Source of the DNA: Tubulanus polymorphus | Lineage: Eukaryota > Animalia > Nemertea | Length of the DNA stretch: 64,000 nucleotides | Direction: 5' to 3' | Assembly: GCF_964204645.1 (NCBI RefSeq) | Contig: NC_134032.1 | Span: forward strand, 15,922,275 to 15,986,274 | Shown: positions 1 to 13,600 of the stretch, piece after piece | How the letters are laid out: the number at the start of each line of letters is the position of its first letter | Position numbering within the stretch: the first letter of the stretch is position 1 | Made by a program: the position numbers and the translations under genes | The notes under the pieces: generated by a model | The model's input: the letters and a program-made list of their open reading frames with translations, nothing else | Databases searched by the model: none | What the model was told of the DNA's origin: nothing

Positions 1-3000
1 GATACGTTGAATGGATACATTTGATTTTCTCCTCGTTCGACAATAAATCACAGTTTCTCATCGATTTGAATTGAACGTCTTTACGAAAGTAAAATCGCTC
101 CTGTTTAACGGCGTCTCGTCTCTGAGCTTTCTGCATGTTCTCTTCTACCTATCAATATAAACACAAATATCAGTCAGAGGGGTAGAGAGTGGGAGGGGGA
201 GAGTGGGAGAGAGAGAGTGGGAGGGGTAGAGTGGGAGGGGTAGAGAGTGGGAGGGGGAGAGAGTGGGAGGGGGAGAGAGTGGGAGGGAAGGGAGAGAGTA
301 GGAGGCAGAAGAGTGGGAGGGGGAGAGTAGGAGTGAGTGGAAGGGAGAGAGTAGGAGGCAGAAGGAGAGTGGGAGTAAGTGGAAGAGAGAGAGTAGGAGG
401 CAGAAGAGTGGGAGTGAGTGGAAGAAAGAGAGTAGGAGGGAGGAGAGTGGGAGTGAGTGGAAGGGAGAGAGTGGGAGGGAGGAGAATGGGAGTGAGTGGA
501 AGAGGGAGGGAGGAGAGTGGGAGTGAGTGGAAGGGAGAGAGTGGGAGGGAGGAGAGTGGGAGTGAGTGGAAGAGAGAGAGTAAGAGGGAGAAGGAGAGTG
601 GTAGTGAGTGGGAGTGAGTGGAAGAGAGTAGGAGGGAGAAGGAGATCGGGAGTGAGTGGAAGGGAGAGAGTAGGAGGGAGAAGGAGAATGGGAGTGAGTG
701 GAAGGGAGAGAGTAGGAGGGAGGAGAGTGGGAGTGAGTGGAAGAGAGTAGGAGGGAGGAGAGTGGGAGTGAGTGGAAGGGAGAGAGTGGGAGAGAGTAGG
801 AGGGAGGAGAGTGACAAACAGAGGGAAAACATGGAAATAAAGAGGTCAAACGTACCTTCGATATCGGAATCAGAAAATTCAAATTAAACGATAAAATGAC
901 GCGCGTCAATAAAACGATGAAAGTCGCGTAAGCTGCGTTTTCAAAATCAGTCAGTTGAACCTATAAAATAAACCACACTACTAGAGCCCTCTATTGGAGA
1001 CAAGGTTTAATAACCGTTATTACTCTCGGGATGATGATGATAAGCGAACCTCAGTAGGACGGAACTCGACCCTCCAGCCGATCGGTGAATCTGGAGGTGG
1101 CGGTTTAAACCTCATCGTCTGCCAGTTTGTAGACTGAATATTCTACAAATAATAAACATACGTATTGTGGTCAGTTAACTCATTTTCTCATCGATTCTTA
1201 CTAACGACTAACGACATAATTCAAAATTCTCTGATTATTTCCTGACCCTGTGGGGCCTATTGTCATTAACTGTCATTAGCAAGTACAACAAAAACAACCA
1301 AAAATTCAAATTCACTGATTAAATTATAAGATATCCTCAGTGAGGGCTGTTTCTTATCAAGAGGTTCCTTGTGTCACTCGTCACCAGCAAGAACAACAAG
1401 ACACCAAAAATTCAAATTCCCTGATTAAATTATAAGATATCCTCAGTGAGGGCTGTTTCTTATCAAGAGGTTCCTTGTGTTACTCGTCACCAGCAAGAAC
1501 AACAAGACATCAAAAATTCAAATTCACTGATTAAATTATAAGATATCCTCAGTGAGGGCTGTTTCTTATCAAGAGGTTCCTTGTGTCACTCATCACCAGC
1601 AGGAACAACAACACACCAAAAATTCAAATTCCCTGATTAAATTATAAGATATCCTCAGTGAGGGCTGTTTCTTATCAAGAGGTTCCTTGTGTCACTCGTC
1701 ACCAGCAAGAACAACAAGACACCAAAAATTCAAATTCCCTGATTAAATTATAAGATATCCTCAGTGAGGGCTGTTTCTTATCAAGAGGTTCCTTGTGTTA
1801 CTCGTCACCAGCAAGAACAACAAGACATCAAAAATTCAAATTCACTGATTAAATTATAAGATATCCTCAGTGAGGGCTGTTTCTTATCAAGAGGTTCCTT
1901 GTGTCACTCATCACCAGCAGGAACAACAACACACCAAAAATTCAAATTCCCTGATTAAATTATAAGATATCCTCAGTGAGGGCTGTTTCTTATCAAGAGG
2001 TTCCTTGTGTCACTCGTCACCAGCAAGAACAACAAGACACCAAAAATTCAAATTCACTGATTAAACCATAAGATATCCTCAGTGAGGACTGTTTGTTATC
2101 AAGAGGTTCCTCGTGTCACTCATCACCAGCGAGAACAACAAGACACAAAAAATTCAAATTCCATGATTGAATTATAAGATATCCTCAGTGAGGGCTGTTT
2201 CTTATTAAGAGGTTCCTTGTGTTACTCGTCACAATCAAATGATTTTTTCCAATAAGTTTATTCTTCGGTATTCAGAAACACCCAAGATAGAAACGACATA
2301 AAACAAAACAAACAAGACATAAATATCGCGTAAAACTATAGATTTGATTTTCCTAATCATAATTTGCTAGTGACGTGTAATCTAATCAAATAAGATTTGC
2401 ACAACAGGATGAATTTGACACCTTGTTCCAAACGGCTGACAAGAAAATACTTTCTAAAATATTATTTCCTATGAAAAAGTTTCAGGTTTCTCTTTCAGTT
2501 TTGACATATCAGTTTTTGAAACAAATTTGTGAGTCCACCATCTTCAAATCGTATCAAATCGCCTCCGGTGGTGATTTGATGATATGAAAAATCGATTTGA
2601 ATTTGATGCCGTGTTAAATTAAAAAATCAGGCCAAATCGAATTTGATTATGACAAGATAAAAACGATTTTAATTAAAATCAAATTTAATTTGACGTGATA
2701 AATTCGCCTTATAATTTTACCTCGAAATGATCAGTGTCTATTTCATCGTTGAGGTTGAGTTTTTCGCTGAATAAAGATATCGGATCTCTGATGAATAAAT
2801 GAGCGACGTGTTGAGCTAAAAGATGATCGACACCGGCCGAACGTAAATCGTTATAATAATCGATATTATACGTTAATTCCACGTCGTTATAGCGATCACC
2901 GCACGGCGACAGGTAACTATCGATAGAATCGTAACGAGATTTCGTTATTCGAAATCGATTCTGTTTTAACGGCTGAAAAAAGAAAAATGACAATAATAAC

Positions 3001-6000
3001 CGCAACAATGTCGTCGGTTGAAAAGACGCTCTTATAAAATTTGATTTGAATTACTGACCTTTAAACCATATTCCTCGTCTGTTCTGTCATCTACGGATGA
3101 AGCGATGACGTTCCATCGACAATCGACATCAGCGAGATATCCTCTATAGACAGGAGACGCGGCGCTCAGAGCTAACTGTTTAATTATATAAATAGATATC
3201 CTCTATAGACGGGAGACGCTCAGAGCTAACTGTTTAATTATATAAATATTTCATTATAAAAAGATCGGTATCCCGCGATGACCTCGCTAGTGATGTCATA
3301 GGGTGAATACGTACTAATATAGGACAGAGTGATGTCATAGGGTGAATACGTACCAGTATAGGACAGAGTGATGTCATAGGGTGAATACGTACCAGTATAG
3401 GACAGAGTGGAGTTAGTTGATCGTAGAGGAATCGAGCCTCGTTGATGTTACACGCCTGAAACGTCATCTGTAAACAGGAGCAGCCCATCCCGAATCCCAT
3501 CGCATCCATGTATATATGATCAGGTTTAGCAGCAGACGCTGATGATCCGTCAGTGTCCCCGTAAACGGACAAATCTTCAACAAACGGCGACGGTGTATTT
3601 TTATCTTTAAAAACTGCAACATTAAATTTACAGGCATTAATATATATATATATATATATACAGTGAATAATGACATTATTAGACAGAGTTCCAGGGCTTT
3701 GGATCCAGTTCCACAGATCTGGACTCAGTTCCACGGTTCTGGACTCAGTTCCACGGTTCAGGACCCAGTTCCACAGTTCTGGACTCAGTTCCACAGTTCT
3801 GGACTCAGTTCCACAGTTACTGGACCCAGTTCCACGATTCAGGACCCAGTTCCACAGTTCTGAATCCAGTTCCACAGTCACTCTGGATCCAGTTCCACAG
3901 TTCTGGAATCAGTTCCACGATTCTGGACTCAGTTCCACTGTTCAGGACTCTGTGAGACTCGGAGAACTGTGGAACTGAGTCCAGAACCGTGGAACTGAAT
4001 TATCTAGAACCGCGGAAATGGGTGTAGAACTGTGGAACTGGCTAGTGAGTACTTACTGGGAATGTTTATAGCTACTTTTTTTCCACGTCTCTCCCGGATA
4101 TTTCGAGTTAACGTCCTGGAGAAAATAAAAACAAAATCACACCATTAAAAACAGAATCAACTGGTACAGCGCCGACTGGTACAGTGCCAACTGGTACCGC
4201 GCCAACTGGTACTGCGCCGACTGGTACAGCGTCGACTGGTACCAAGTCGACCGGTACTGTGCCAACCGGTACCAAGTCGACCGGTAGTGCCAACCGGTAC
4301 CAAGTCAACCGGTAGTGCCAACCGGTACCAAGTCGACCGGTACTGTGCCAACCGGTACCAAGTCAACCGGTACCAAGTCGACCGGTACTGTGCCAACCAG
4401 TACCAAGTCGACCGGTACAGAGTAAGGCAGAGTCTACTGCAGTTGTTTGAAATACTGACTGAAATCTTGGATGAGACATATTAATTGCTTCCGTTGGAAA
4501 GAACAACGACCGTGACGGTCCGGACTGCGGAGTGGCTCGACAGTGAGGATACGTGAAATTAACACATCCAATCCTGAAAACGAAATTCATCGAATCGATG
4601 TAAAAAAACAAACAGCTACGAAACACATTTTGTTTTGCGGTTTTTTAAACGGAATAACGCACCTTGGAAATGCAGTGAGTGACAGCGCTATTTCACCGGT
4701 CTCCGAGTCCAACAGACGACTCACAGCTTCACGCCTGCAACAACAGTGATCATACAATCAAACGGGACACACCCCTCTTCTCTCCCCCGCCACATGTTTC
4801 TACCCCTGTCCCCCTAAAACAACACTATCATATTTCATTCAATTAACCCTTTCAGTCCTGACTAGTTAATACCCTATAGTGCAAGAGATAATTTGAAAAT
4901 TTTGAAAAATTCCACCCTAGTGTGTTGAATAACAGGAATACCACTATAGTGTGTCTACACCGCAGTGCGGTGTATCGTTAGTTACTAGTATTTCACCATG
5001 TTTGACAGGTGCTGCCATCTTTCAATAGAGATAAAAACTAATTACATCAATACACCGCAGTGCGGTGTACTAGCAAAATCCATCACTGATTCTTACACCG
5101 CACTGAGAGGCTTATAATGTACTGATAGATTTAATAGCCTCTGTCTCTCTGCTCCACCAGTTTCTAGCCCTGTCCCCCTTAAACAACACAATCACCATTC
5201 AATCAAAATGTACTGATAGATTTAATACACAGCCTCTGTCTCTCTGCTCCACCAGTTTCTAGCCCTGTCCCCCTTAAACAACACAATCACCATTCAATCA
5301 AAATGTACTGATAGATTTAATACACAGCCTCTGTCTCTCTGCTCCACCAGTTTCTAGCCCTGTCCCCCTAAAACAACACAATCACCATTCAATCAAAATG
5401 TACCGATAGATTTAATACACAGCCTCTGTCTCTCTGCTCCACCAGTTTCTAGCCCTCTCCCCCTTAAACAACACAATCACCATTCAATTAAATGTACTGA
5501 TAGATTTAATATGCAGCTTCTGTCTCTCTGCTCCACCAGTTTCTAGCCCTGTCCCCCTTAAACAACACAATCACCATTCAATTAAATGTACTGATAGATT
5601 TAATACACAGCCCCTGTCTCTCTGCTCCACCAGTTTCTAGCCCTGTCCCCCTAAACGAGCTTCTGCAACGTACCTGGATTTCATGCTGCTTTCTACGACA
5701 TTAAAACAAGCAGTCAGGGCGCCGTAGGGTTCACCCGGAGTCCCTTCTACCATATAACTAGCGTATTCAGGCCTCCATAGCGCTTCAAGTTTCGTATCTC
5801 TACAAATATAAATAACAAATACATTTAAACGCCAAAATAAGTCAGTTTTGACTAGTGAAGTGGATTTTAATCGATAATCAGCACTCTCAGTATTTCAAAA
5901 TTCTATCATTTTTCCGGGTTAGTTCTAAATAATGGCAAAATTTTCATTTTTCTATTCTTTTCTTGTTTTTTTTTCTCTCTCTCTCTTCTGTTTTTCCGTT

Positions 6001-9000
6001 TCAAGGGTGCTTGCTATAGCGGCCTTTTCGCTTTTGCTTGGCCCTCATAAGAAAGCCGTCTTAATTTTATTTTTGTCCTGTTTGTAAATATTCTTATATA
6101 ATGCTTTCTAAATTAAATAAATTGAAATTCATAAAAATTGTGCATGATACATAATTTTCTAATGAATATCAATATCATTAACTATAATATGAATAATAAC
6201 GAACTGTTTAGCGTTGAGTTCATCGATCTGAAGTGTTTCGATACATCGAGGCGCTTCCAGCAGTAAATGTGCCGTTCTATTTTCATGATCAAATTTCACT
6301 AAAGAATATTCAACCTGCAAAAACGACAATCAGAAACATTAAAATCTATCAAATGAAAAAATGATTGTAAATTTCATCAAAACTTTTCCGTTCGAAAATC
6401 CGAATCGAAATTACGATTAAATAAAGAATTCGCGATTTAAAACGTGATCGGTCGTTGCAGTTATAGTCGCCGCCGTTGTCTAGGATACCACCCCAGGTCG
6501 GGTAGATGTTTTTTGTCAGTGGCAGATCTATAGAAATCGAGAATAATTCGCGAATGGTCATAGTTCTTTTCACGTTCAGGCAGGTTTGTCGGCAACAACC
6601 ATGGACCCTTACGTTTGAGAGTCCGTGCTACAATTAACAATGCGATTAATCGGCTTGAGAGAGCAAATCGATATAAAAATTCAAAAATACTTTCAAGTCA
6701 GTTTTTTTGTTTCATTGTTTTATCTTCGACCTCGTTTATTTCAATAATTCAAGAAATCTCTTATCTATTGTACGATAACCACACTGGATTCCGGATATCA
6801 CATTCAAATAGGAGATACGTCATAAAACGATAACCACACTGAAACGTGGTGAACGGATAATAAGATAAAAATCCACTATCTACAGATTAAAAGAATTTAA
6901 AAACAAGAATTTATTTCTAAAATGTAAAACATTAATCTGTTTTCCTCTGTATATAAACCCCTGTTTTTAGTCAATATCTCACACCTGACGATGATCTCTA
7001 GGGTGAGATCGAAACGTCGTGTTTTTACATTTTAGAAATAAATTCTCGATTTTAAATTCTGTTAATTGTACATAGTGGGTTTTATCCTATTATCTCTTAT
7101 CTATTTTGACATAATTTCCGATCGTCCAAATCCAGATTCGACGAGGCGTTGTGCGTTGAATCGAACGTACGGTAATCCACACTCCGACTTCAATTAAGTT
7201 CCGAACGTCTGTAGTTCTGTGACGCGCTATTTACTGAATATCAAATTCTCTCCTATATTCTAATGAGATCGATGTAGACAAATTTTAAACCACAGTAAAA
7301 TATGATTAATTGTTCGTCATGCCAGGGCAAGTGCTCGGATCGTCATTTCTACAGAACGACTGTACTTCGAATATTCTTAGTAACAAAACTACGGCAACCT
7401 CTAGACGTTAAACCCTTATTTTCTAGTGTTGAAAAAGCCACCATTTTGTTTTACCGGCACTTATTAGATGCTGATCATACCAGGTTCCGGCACTGTAGAC
7501 ACTTTGTTCTCTTAGTTATTTAGAAGTATCTCCCGAATTTGACAAAATGAGCATTTTCATTCATCACGAAAATAAAATTAAATCTTAACAGTATAATTAC
7601 GTCCTAGTTATGTGTAATAAAACGCCAAAAAAGGGGGCTGGTCAACCGGGGGCTTAGTCAGTCACCTGACTGTGGTTTAGTTTCACGATCGGATAGTTTC
7701 ACAAACCACATAAGCCGGTATAAGCCCATCCGGTAAAAGTGCAGATCCGCACCTCACAGCGTAAACGGTTCAATCAATAACATTAAATATCATTGTTTCA
7801 AGTCAAAATGTCATCAGCAATTCAGTAAATAGCGATTGCCATTGGTTAAGTTTTAAGATAGTTAGTTACCTAATCGTTGGTGGTAAGCTTTTTATAATCG
7901 GATGGGCTTATACCAACGTTAGGGATGACAAGGACCAAAACACGGTTGAAAAAAGTAACACTTCAAAAATATACTTTCTTTTCACTTCAGTCCACAATTA
8001 ATGGCTTAATTCACAATCTAACACAGGTACCTTTCGAAATAATCCAATTTTATGTATGTTTCGAGTGGTTAATCAACATTATTTTGAGAAATTAATTAAT
8101 TTCTCCACCAATTTCGCCATTGGCCGCCATTTCTCTGTATTGCACATGTGGCATGATAAGACAAGGGGACCTACAAGGATTTATATAAAACTTTCAAGAC
8201 GAAACGACAATTTTTATTTTTGATGGTTTTCCAACTTATATTTCAAATCTTCAGGTTTTCCATATTAAATTATATTATAATAAATTCTGGTAAAAGAAAA
8301 ATGTGAATAAGTGTTGATTTCTTAATTTTTTTCAATTTCGTCGTTTCGCTTCGTTAGTTTGTGCTGTTGTCCTGGCCTCAGTCCACAGGTGCCAGCACCT
8401 CCAGTAATTTTCAAAATGGCAGCTGTTGACTGGACGGAAATTTACTCTCACTTTACGGCCGATTTGCACATGGATTAAGATCGTCAGGTGAGGTGTTATA
8501 GGTATCAGACAAACTACGAATCTGTTGTGCGTCGATTACAACAAAAATTAGACGGATATCTTAAGAGACAATGAAATGCCAGGCAAATTACTCGTCAGTC
8601 AAATTGGCTGACGAAGATTTCATACAAAAATGACCTTCCCATTCCTGACTGTGGTTTGTGAAAATATCCGATTGTGAAACTAAACCACAGACAGGTTACT
8701 GACTAGTTTTAAGATATCTTCACTAGAAAGATTTTCGCCTGGATTCTGTCATAGCCTAATGTCTATTTATTAATTGATGAGACCTGTTTTTCTGGGATAT
8801 TTTGCTTACTTTTTGGGGTACATACCTCATTTATGTCTCAACAGAATGCCAAAAATCGCGGACAACAACTGAATATCCGATATATTTCCAGTTCTGTACC
8901 AATTAGATGGATTGGCAAAAAGACTCCTTAAGTCCAGTTGAATGAGAGAGAAAATCCTCCATTTTGTCAAATTTCTTGGATTTGAACATTGTTACCATGC

Positions 9001-9576
9001 CTACGCCACCCTGATTTAGTTGTTGAGACCCCACAAGAAAAATAACTTCATTTCGTAGGCATGGTGACAATGTAAAAATTCAAGAAATTTGACAAAATGG
9101 AGGATTTTCTCTCTCATTCAATTGGACTTAAGGAGTCTTTTTGCCAATCCATCTAATTGGTACAGAACTGGAAATATATCGGATATTCAGTTGTTGTCCG
9201 CGACTTTTGGCATTCTGTTAAGACATAAATGAGGTATGTACCCCAAAAAGTAAGCAAAATATCCCAGAAAAACAGGTCTCATCCATTAATAAATAGACAT
9301 TAGGCTAAAGTAGATTGCGTCAATCACGAGAGGTGCAGATCTGCACTTTTACCGCCCATCCGATTATAAAAAGCTTACCACCAACGATTAGGTAACCAGT
9401 AACTAACTACCGCACCGGGGGCTTACCTCATCTCCCCATTTCAAATAATCATTCTGTCTGTCCTTCAGTTTGTTGTATAAATGTATGAACTGTTGAATTC
9501 CGTGTTTTCTAACGTGTTCCGCTTTACTTTCAGTTTCGGCCCAGGATAAAGGGGAACCTTCCGTCAATAAACCCAT
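1..9576 (-). CDS. GCLC: Glutamate-cysteine ligase catalytic subunit, multi-exon, 3' end outside window. Approx. exons: 9576-9427, 6314-6205, ~5800-5672, ~4733-4662, ~4573-4452, ~4118-4057, ~3614-3392, ~3169-3058, ~2972-2721, ~1142-1049, ~960-855, 148-<1
   Basis: Exon 1 reads [50 protein letters not shown]|gtaagc. Later exons give [120 protein letters not shown] and FENAAY. GT-AG boundaries. Confidence 0.97.
176..812. repeat. GA-rich low-complexity intronic tract
   Basis: gagagtgggagg / gagtgagtggaag variants. Confidence 0.95.
1295..2232. repeat. 106-bp satellite, ~9 copies; same family in reverse orientation at ~13950-14325
   Basis: Unit caaaaattcaaattc(a/c)ctgattaaattataagatatcctcagtgagggctgtttcttatcaagaggttccttgtg.. 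Confidence 0.95.
3685..4040. repeat. 20-bp minisatellite (ggactcagttccacagttct) that flips orientation at ~3955; same family as 51130-52045
   Basis: Forward units run to ~3950, then agaactgtggaactg units follow. Confidence 0.9.
4157..4400. repeat. Palindrome-rich minisatellite (accggtac / gtcgac units)
   Basis: Repeated aaccggtaccaagtcgaccggtactgtgcc. Confidence 0.9.
5117..5656. repeat. ~95-bp tandem repeat, ~6 copies, abutting a GCLC donor site
   Basis: aatgtactgatagatttaatacacagcctctgtctctctgctccaccagtttctagccctgtcccc.. Confidence 0.93.
6855..7095. mobile_element. Penelope-like retroelement remnant (imperfect inverted arms around the hammerhead motif) in GCLC intron 1
   Basis: 6855-6930 (..aagaatttatttctaaaatgtaaaac) is the imperfect reverse complement of 7020-7095 (gtttttacattttagaaataaattct..). 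The hammerhead lies between the arms. Confidence 0.55.
6981..7022 (+). ncRNA. Minimal type I hammerhead ribozyme motif (Penelope-like-element type)
   Basis: ACAC-CTGACGA-T-GATCTC(tagggt)GAGATC-GAAAC-GTC-GTGT: complete core, perfect 6-bp helix II, 4-bp helix I, palindromic ACGT in place of helix III, GUC cleavage triplet. Confidence 0.7.
7655..8706. mobile_element. ~1.05-kb putative non-autonomous DNA element with ~55-bp imperfect terminal inverted repeats
   Basis: tagtcagtcacctgactgtggtttagtttcacgatcggatagtttcacaaaccaca versus tgtggtttgtgaaaatatccgattgtgaaactaaaccacagacaggttactgacta. No ORF inside. Confidence 0.55.
8752..9307. mobile_element. Fold-back MITE: ~255-bp near-perfect inverted arms, ~50-bp spacer, TA at both ends
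   Basis: tagcctaatgtctatttattaat...ccatgcctacg is mirrored by cgtaggcatgg...attaataaatagacattaggcta with few mismatches. Confidence 0.85.
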
Positions 9577-10030
9577 CGTAGTCTAATCAAAATACAACTC
9601 ACGGGATCGCCTTCATGTCAAAATACTCGATCTAATAAAATATTCAATTCAATTCAAAGACATCACCGTCTACTGCTGCCACCTACACTCGACTGCCGCA
9701 GCTAGTGGTTCTTACATGGTTTGTTGATTATGATATTATCGGAGCCAGCCCCTGTCCCACTCCACCAATCCGATAATATTTGATAATATCGTTATTATTC
9801 GAATTATCAATCATAATCAGAATATTTACGGCTAATGTTTGAAATAATAGGAATAACTTGTTTTATTTTGGAGAATAAAAACTGAAATTTGAATCGGTGA
9901 AAAAAAAATTACGGTGAACTCTCGCGGGACGCGTTCAATACGCGCGAGAAATGGCGAGATTGATGGCGGTGTATAGCTGTAAAGCGGGATGTTGAGGTTC
10001 GACCCTGTTTTACGTGATTAACTCAGTCGA
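9577..10030. promoter_or_regulatory. Probable bidirectional promoter between GCLC and the ZNF512-GTF3C2 gene
   Basis: Head-to-head arrangement with ~1 kb between start codons. CpG-rich patch at 9920-9970 (tcgcg, cgcgcgaga, atggcg). TSS not determinable. Confidence 0.5.
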
Positions 10031-10615
10031 TTTGAAATAAACGCAAGGTCTGTGCGAGATTCACTGATCTCTTTGATCTTTAGACGGTTTTAATACCGGC
10101 GATTAATCTATAAATTAATTTGAAAAATGAGAAAATTCATCTGAAATCTGCTGGTGCCATTTTTTCCCCGGGCCCCAGAGATCCAGCACAGCAGTGTAGT
10201 CGTAGAGTAAATGCCGCCTCCAGTTCGCCAACCCCTCTAAACACAGCAGACTCCGGCTAGTGGACTACAACCCAGCTAATTTAGTCACCCCCGCCCACAG
10301 CTAGAGGCCGTAGCCGTAGGGACTAGAGAGTAGGGAGCCCCGATTCACTGACATGATGATTCCTACCTACCTGACCATCATCCATCCAATATCCTCACAA
10401 AATCATTGATTAAGGAAGATACAAGCTTAAGATGTTGTATTCATCATTTGCCTTCGAGAAAAATAATTTTGATCTCATTATTTTGATGGCGATGCTGAGA
10501 AAACTAGCGTTTTTAGAAATATTAAATTTGATCTGATTGATTTTCAGGAGATGAATTTATTTCCTGATTTACTCTTGGAGTGTTGATATAACGAACCGTG
10601 AATCGGGACTCGATA

Positions 10616-13600
10616 ATGTCTCGACGATCTCACAGCTCGGAGCGAGATGCGAAACAGTCGCCGCGGTTGACGCGGCAACGTCAAACCTCTGAAACCCGCA
10701 CGACTCGATCGGGGAAAATTATACAAAATGGCGGCAAAAAAAGGTCAGTCGAAATCTTAACAAATCAAATTGCCGTATTGTAATTAGTGAAATAATTGAG
10801 AACTTGAAACGCGTCCTAAAAACAAATACGTTCCCTAAAAACAGAATTCATTCGTTAATTTGTAGTGAATCGGTTACCATTAGCAACGCGGGTCGACATC
10901 ACAGGACGAAGAGTTCTCCAGTGGAGAAAATAAAACCAACGGAAAAAACGTCTCCGGGGTTACAGAGTTCACGGACTCCGGGTTCTCGAACTCGGAGTAA
11001 AACCGAGGAATCAACTCCGGTCGTCGTAACAACGCGAGGTCGATCTAATATAACTAATAAAAGTTCAACTGTAACCGCGGCAACAGCTGCCGGAGCAGCC
11101 GAGAAGATAACATCTCGACGGGGAAGGTCTCGGCGGGATGCCGGGGATTCCCCTCGGGACGCTGGGGATTCCCGTCAGGACGCCGGGGATTCTTCAGATA
11201 ACCTAAAAAACACTGGGGAATCCTCTGATAACCCTCAGGATACCAGGGATTCTCCTGATGCACCACAAAACACTAGTGACTCCCCTGATACAGGGGATCC
11301 CCCTGATACTCCGCAGACCGCTGGAGATCCCCCTCGTACCGTGCAGGATCCCCCTGATATGTTACGTGAATCACCTCGTGCCGCGGGGTCCGAGCAGACG
11401 ATCACCGGACCGAGGAAAGCCGGCCGTCCTAGAAAACAAGTTAAACGGGAACCACAGAGTCCAAGCCCGGCTGTGAGCAGTGTGCCGGGTAGCACACGCC
11501 CGGCTGTGAGCAGTGTGCCGGGTAGCACACGTCCGGCTGTAAGTAGTGTGCCGGGTAGCACACGCCCGGCTGTGAGCAGTGTGCCGGGTAGCACACGTCC
11601 GGCTGTAAGTAGTGTGCCGGGTAGCACACGGCCAGCTGTAAGTAGTGTGCCGGGTAGCACACGCCCGGCTGTGAGCAGTGTGCCGGGTAGCACACGGCCG
11701 GCTGTAAGTAGTGTGCCGCGTAGCACACGCCCGGTGCGCACACGTACTCCTAAACGAGATAACGATTTCGAATGGGAGGACCTGTCTCCGCGCGTCAGTA
11801 AACGAGTTGCTACGGCAACCGAACAGAAGACTCCGACTGCCGCTCAGCAGCAGCGTAAAAAACCGATAAAACACCAACAGAGTCCGCAACCGGGTGGCAG
11901 TGATTTAGTGTACGCCGATGACGAGGTCAGTTTCCGGATCAGTCCCGTCTCTCAGCAACCGGTTGTAAAATCGGAAACGGTCGCTACGGCGACAACTGCT
12001 TCGATTGTGCTCGATAATTCAGCTTTATCGCTACCAGAAACGAGTGAATTTGAAAACATCGTCGACAGCGGTGATTTAGAAGATGTCATCGTTCCCGCGC
12101 ATACTGCCGACGAATTCTGGACTCCAGTTACCACGGATACGCAGATACCGACGTCCGTCAACGACGAAGAAATGGAAGTAGATGAATCGTCACCGACGGC
12201 AACCACGATAAAATCGCAGAAAAAAAGGCGTTTTACGACTCCAGTTAAAACATGGAGTTTACGTCGGAGAACATCGGACGAGCAGCAGACGACAGCAGCT
12301 GCAGACGCAGGGATACACCTGCAGCAGACGACAGCAGCTGCAGACGCAGATGCTGGGATACACCTGCAACAGACGGATTTATCAGAGTATTCAGTGAATA
12401 CCTCTCCACAGCAGGCGGATACCTCTCCACAGCAGGCGGATACCTCTCCACAGCAGGTGGATACCTCTCAACAGCAGGTGGATACCTCTCAACAGCAGGC
12501 AGATACCTCTCAGATTGATATTAAAATGGAATTTCTTCTTTCTGGTAAATATCAATAATGTGACCCCTTCTTTAATCTATTTATTGAATATTTTCAATTA
12601 ATAGAATTATCAAAGAGATCGATATTTGTCGCTCGGAAAGATCTGAGAATTGCGTCGAAATCTCACGTAAATTATTTCGTTTTGCAGATGATAAAACGCC
12701 ACCTGGTGAAAACTCGGTGGTCATGGTTAAACGAGAGGTTTCAGATTCAGATTTTCATCCCGATCTCATAAAAGCGTTTGAGGTTTGTGTTAATTTAATC
12801 CCCTCCACTCCCCTTATACCCACCCCCTATACCCACCCCCTCTACTCCCCTCTCCCTCTCGCTGTCTCTCCCCCTATATCTGAGTTACCAACTGTTCCTG
12901 ATTTTCAGTGTTTGTTACTCTTTTATAATGAGAAATACTGATTAGATTAGATTGATGGGTACAGAAATATGAAAGATTTTATTGAGGGTCTTACTGTTGA
13001 TTACTGATTAATTTGAACAGAAATATGAAAGATTTTATTGAGGGTCTTACTGTTGATTACTGATTAATTTGAACAGAAATATGAAAGATGTTATTGAGGG
13101 TCTTACTGTTGATTACTGATTAATTTGAACAGAAATATGAAACATGTTACTGAGGGTCTTACTGTTGATTACTGATTAATTTGAACAGAAATAAGAAAGA
13201 TGTTACTGAGGGTCTTACTGTTGATTACTGATTAATTTGAACAGAAATATGAAAGATGTTACTGAGGGTCTTACTGTTGATTACTGATTAATTTGAACAG
13301 AAATATGAAAGATTTTATTGAGGGTCTTACTGTTGATTACGGATTAATTTGAACAGAAATATGAAAGATGTTACTGAGGGTCTTACTGTTGATTACTGAT
13401 TAATTTGAACATTTTCTTTCATATTTTAATGAAATAGTACTGAAAAAAATTCAATTAGTTACTGATAGCACTATTCAGAGTTTGGCAGCCCTGCTATATT
13501 CATATTAAACTGATTTGATTAATATGATATTTTTAGGATCAGTTGTCGACTGTGAAGGTATTGTTCTGTAATATGTGTTCAGTGAAGCCTCTATCGAGCG

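Noticed and set aside
145-909. Long Ser/Leu/Pro and Gly/Arg/Glu ORFs
   Set aside because: Products of a GA-rich intronic tract. Only ~855-909 overlaps a true GCLC exon.
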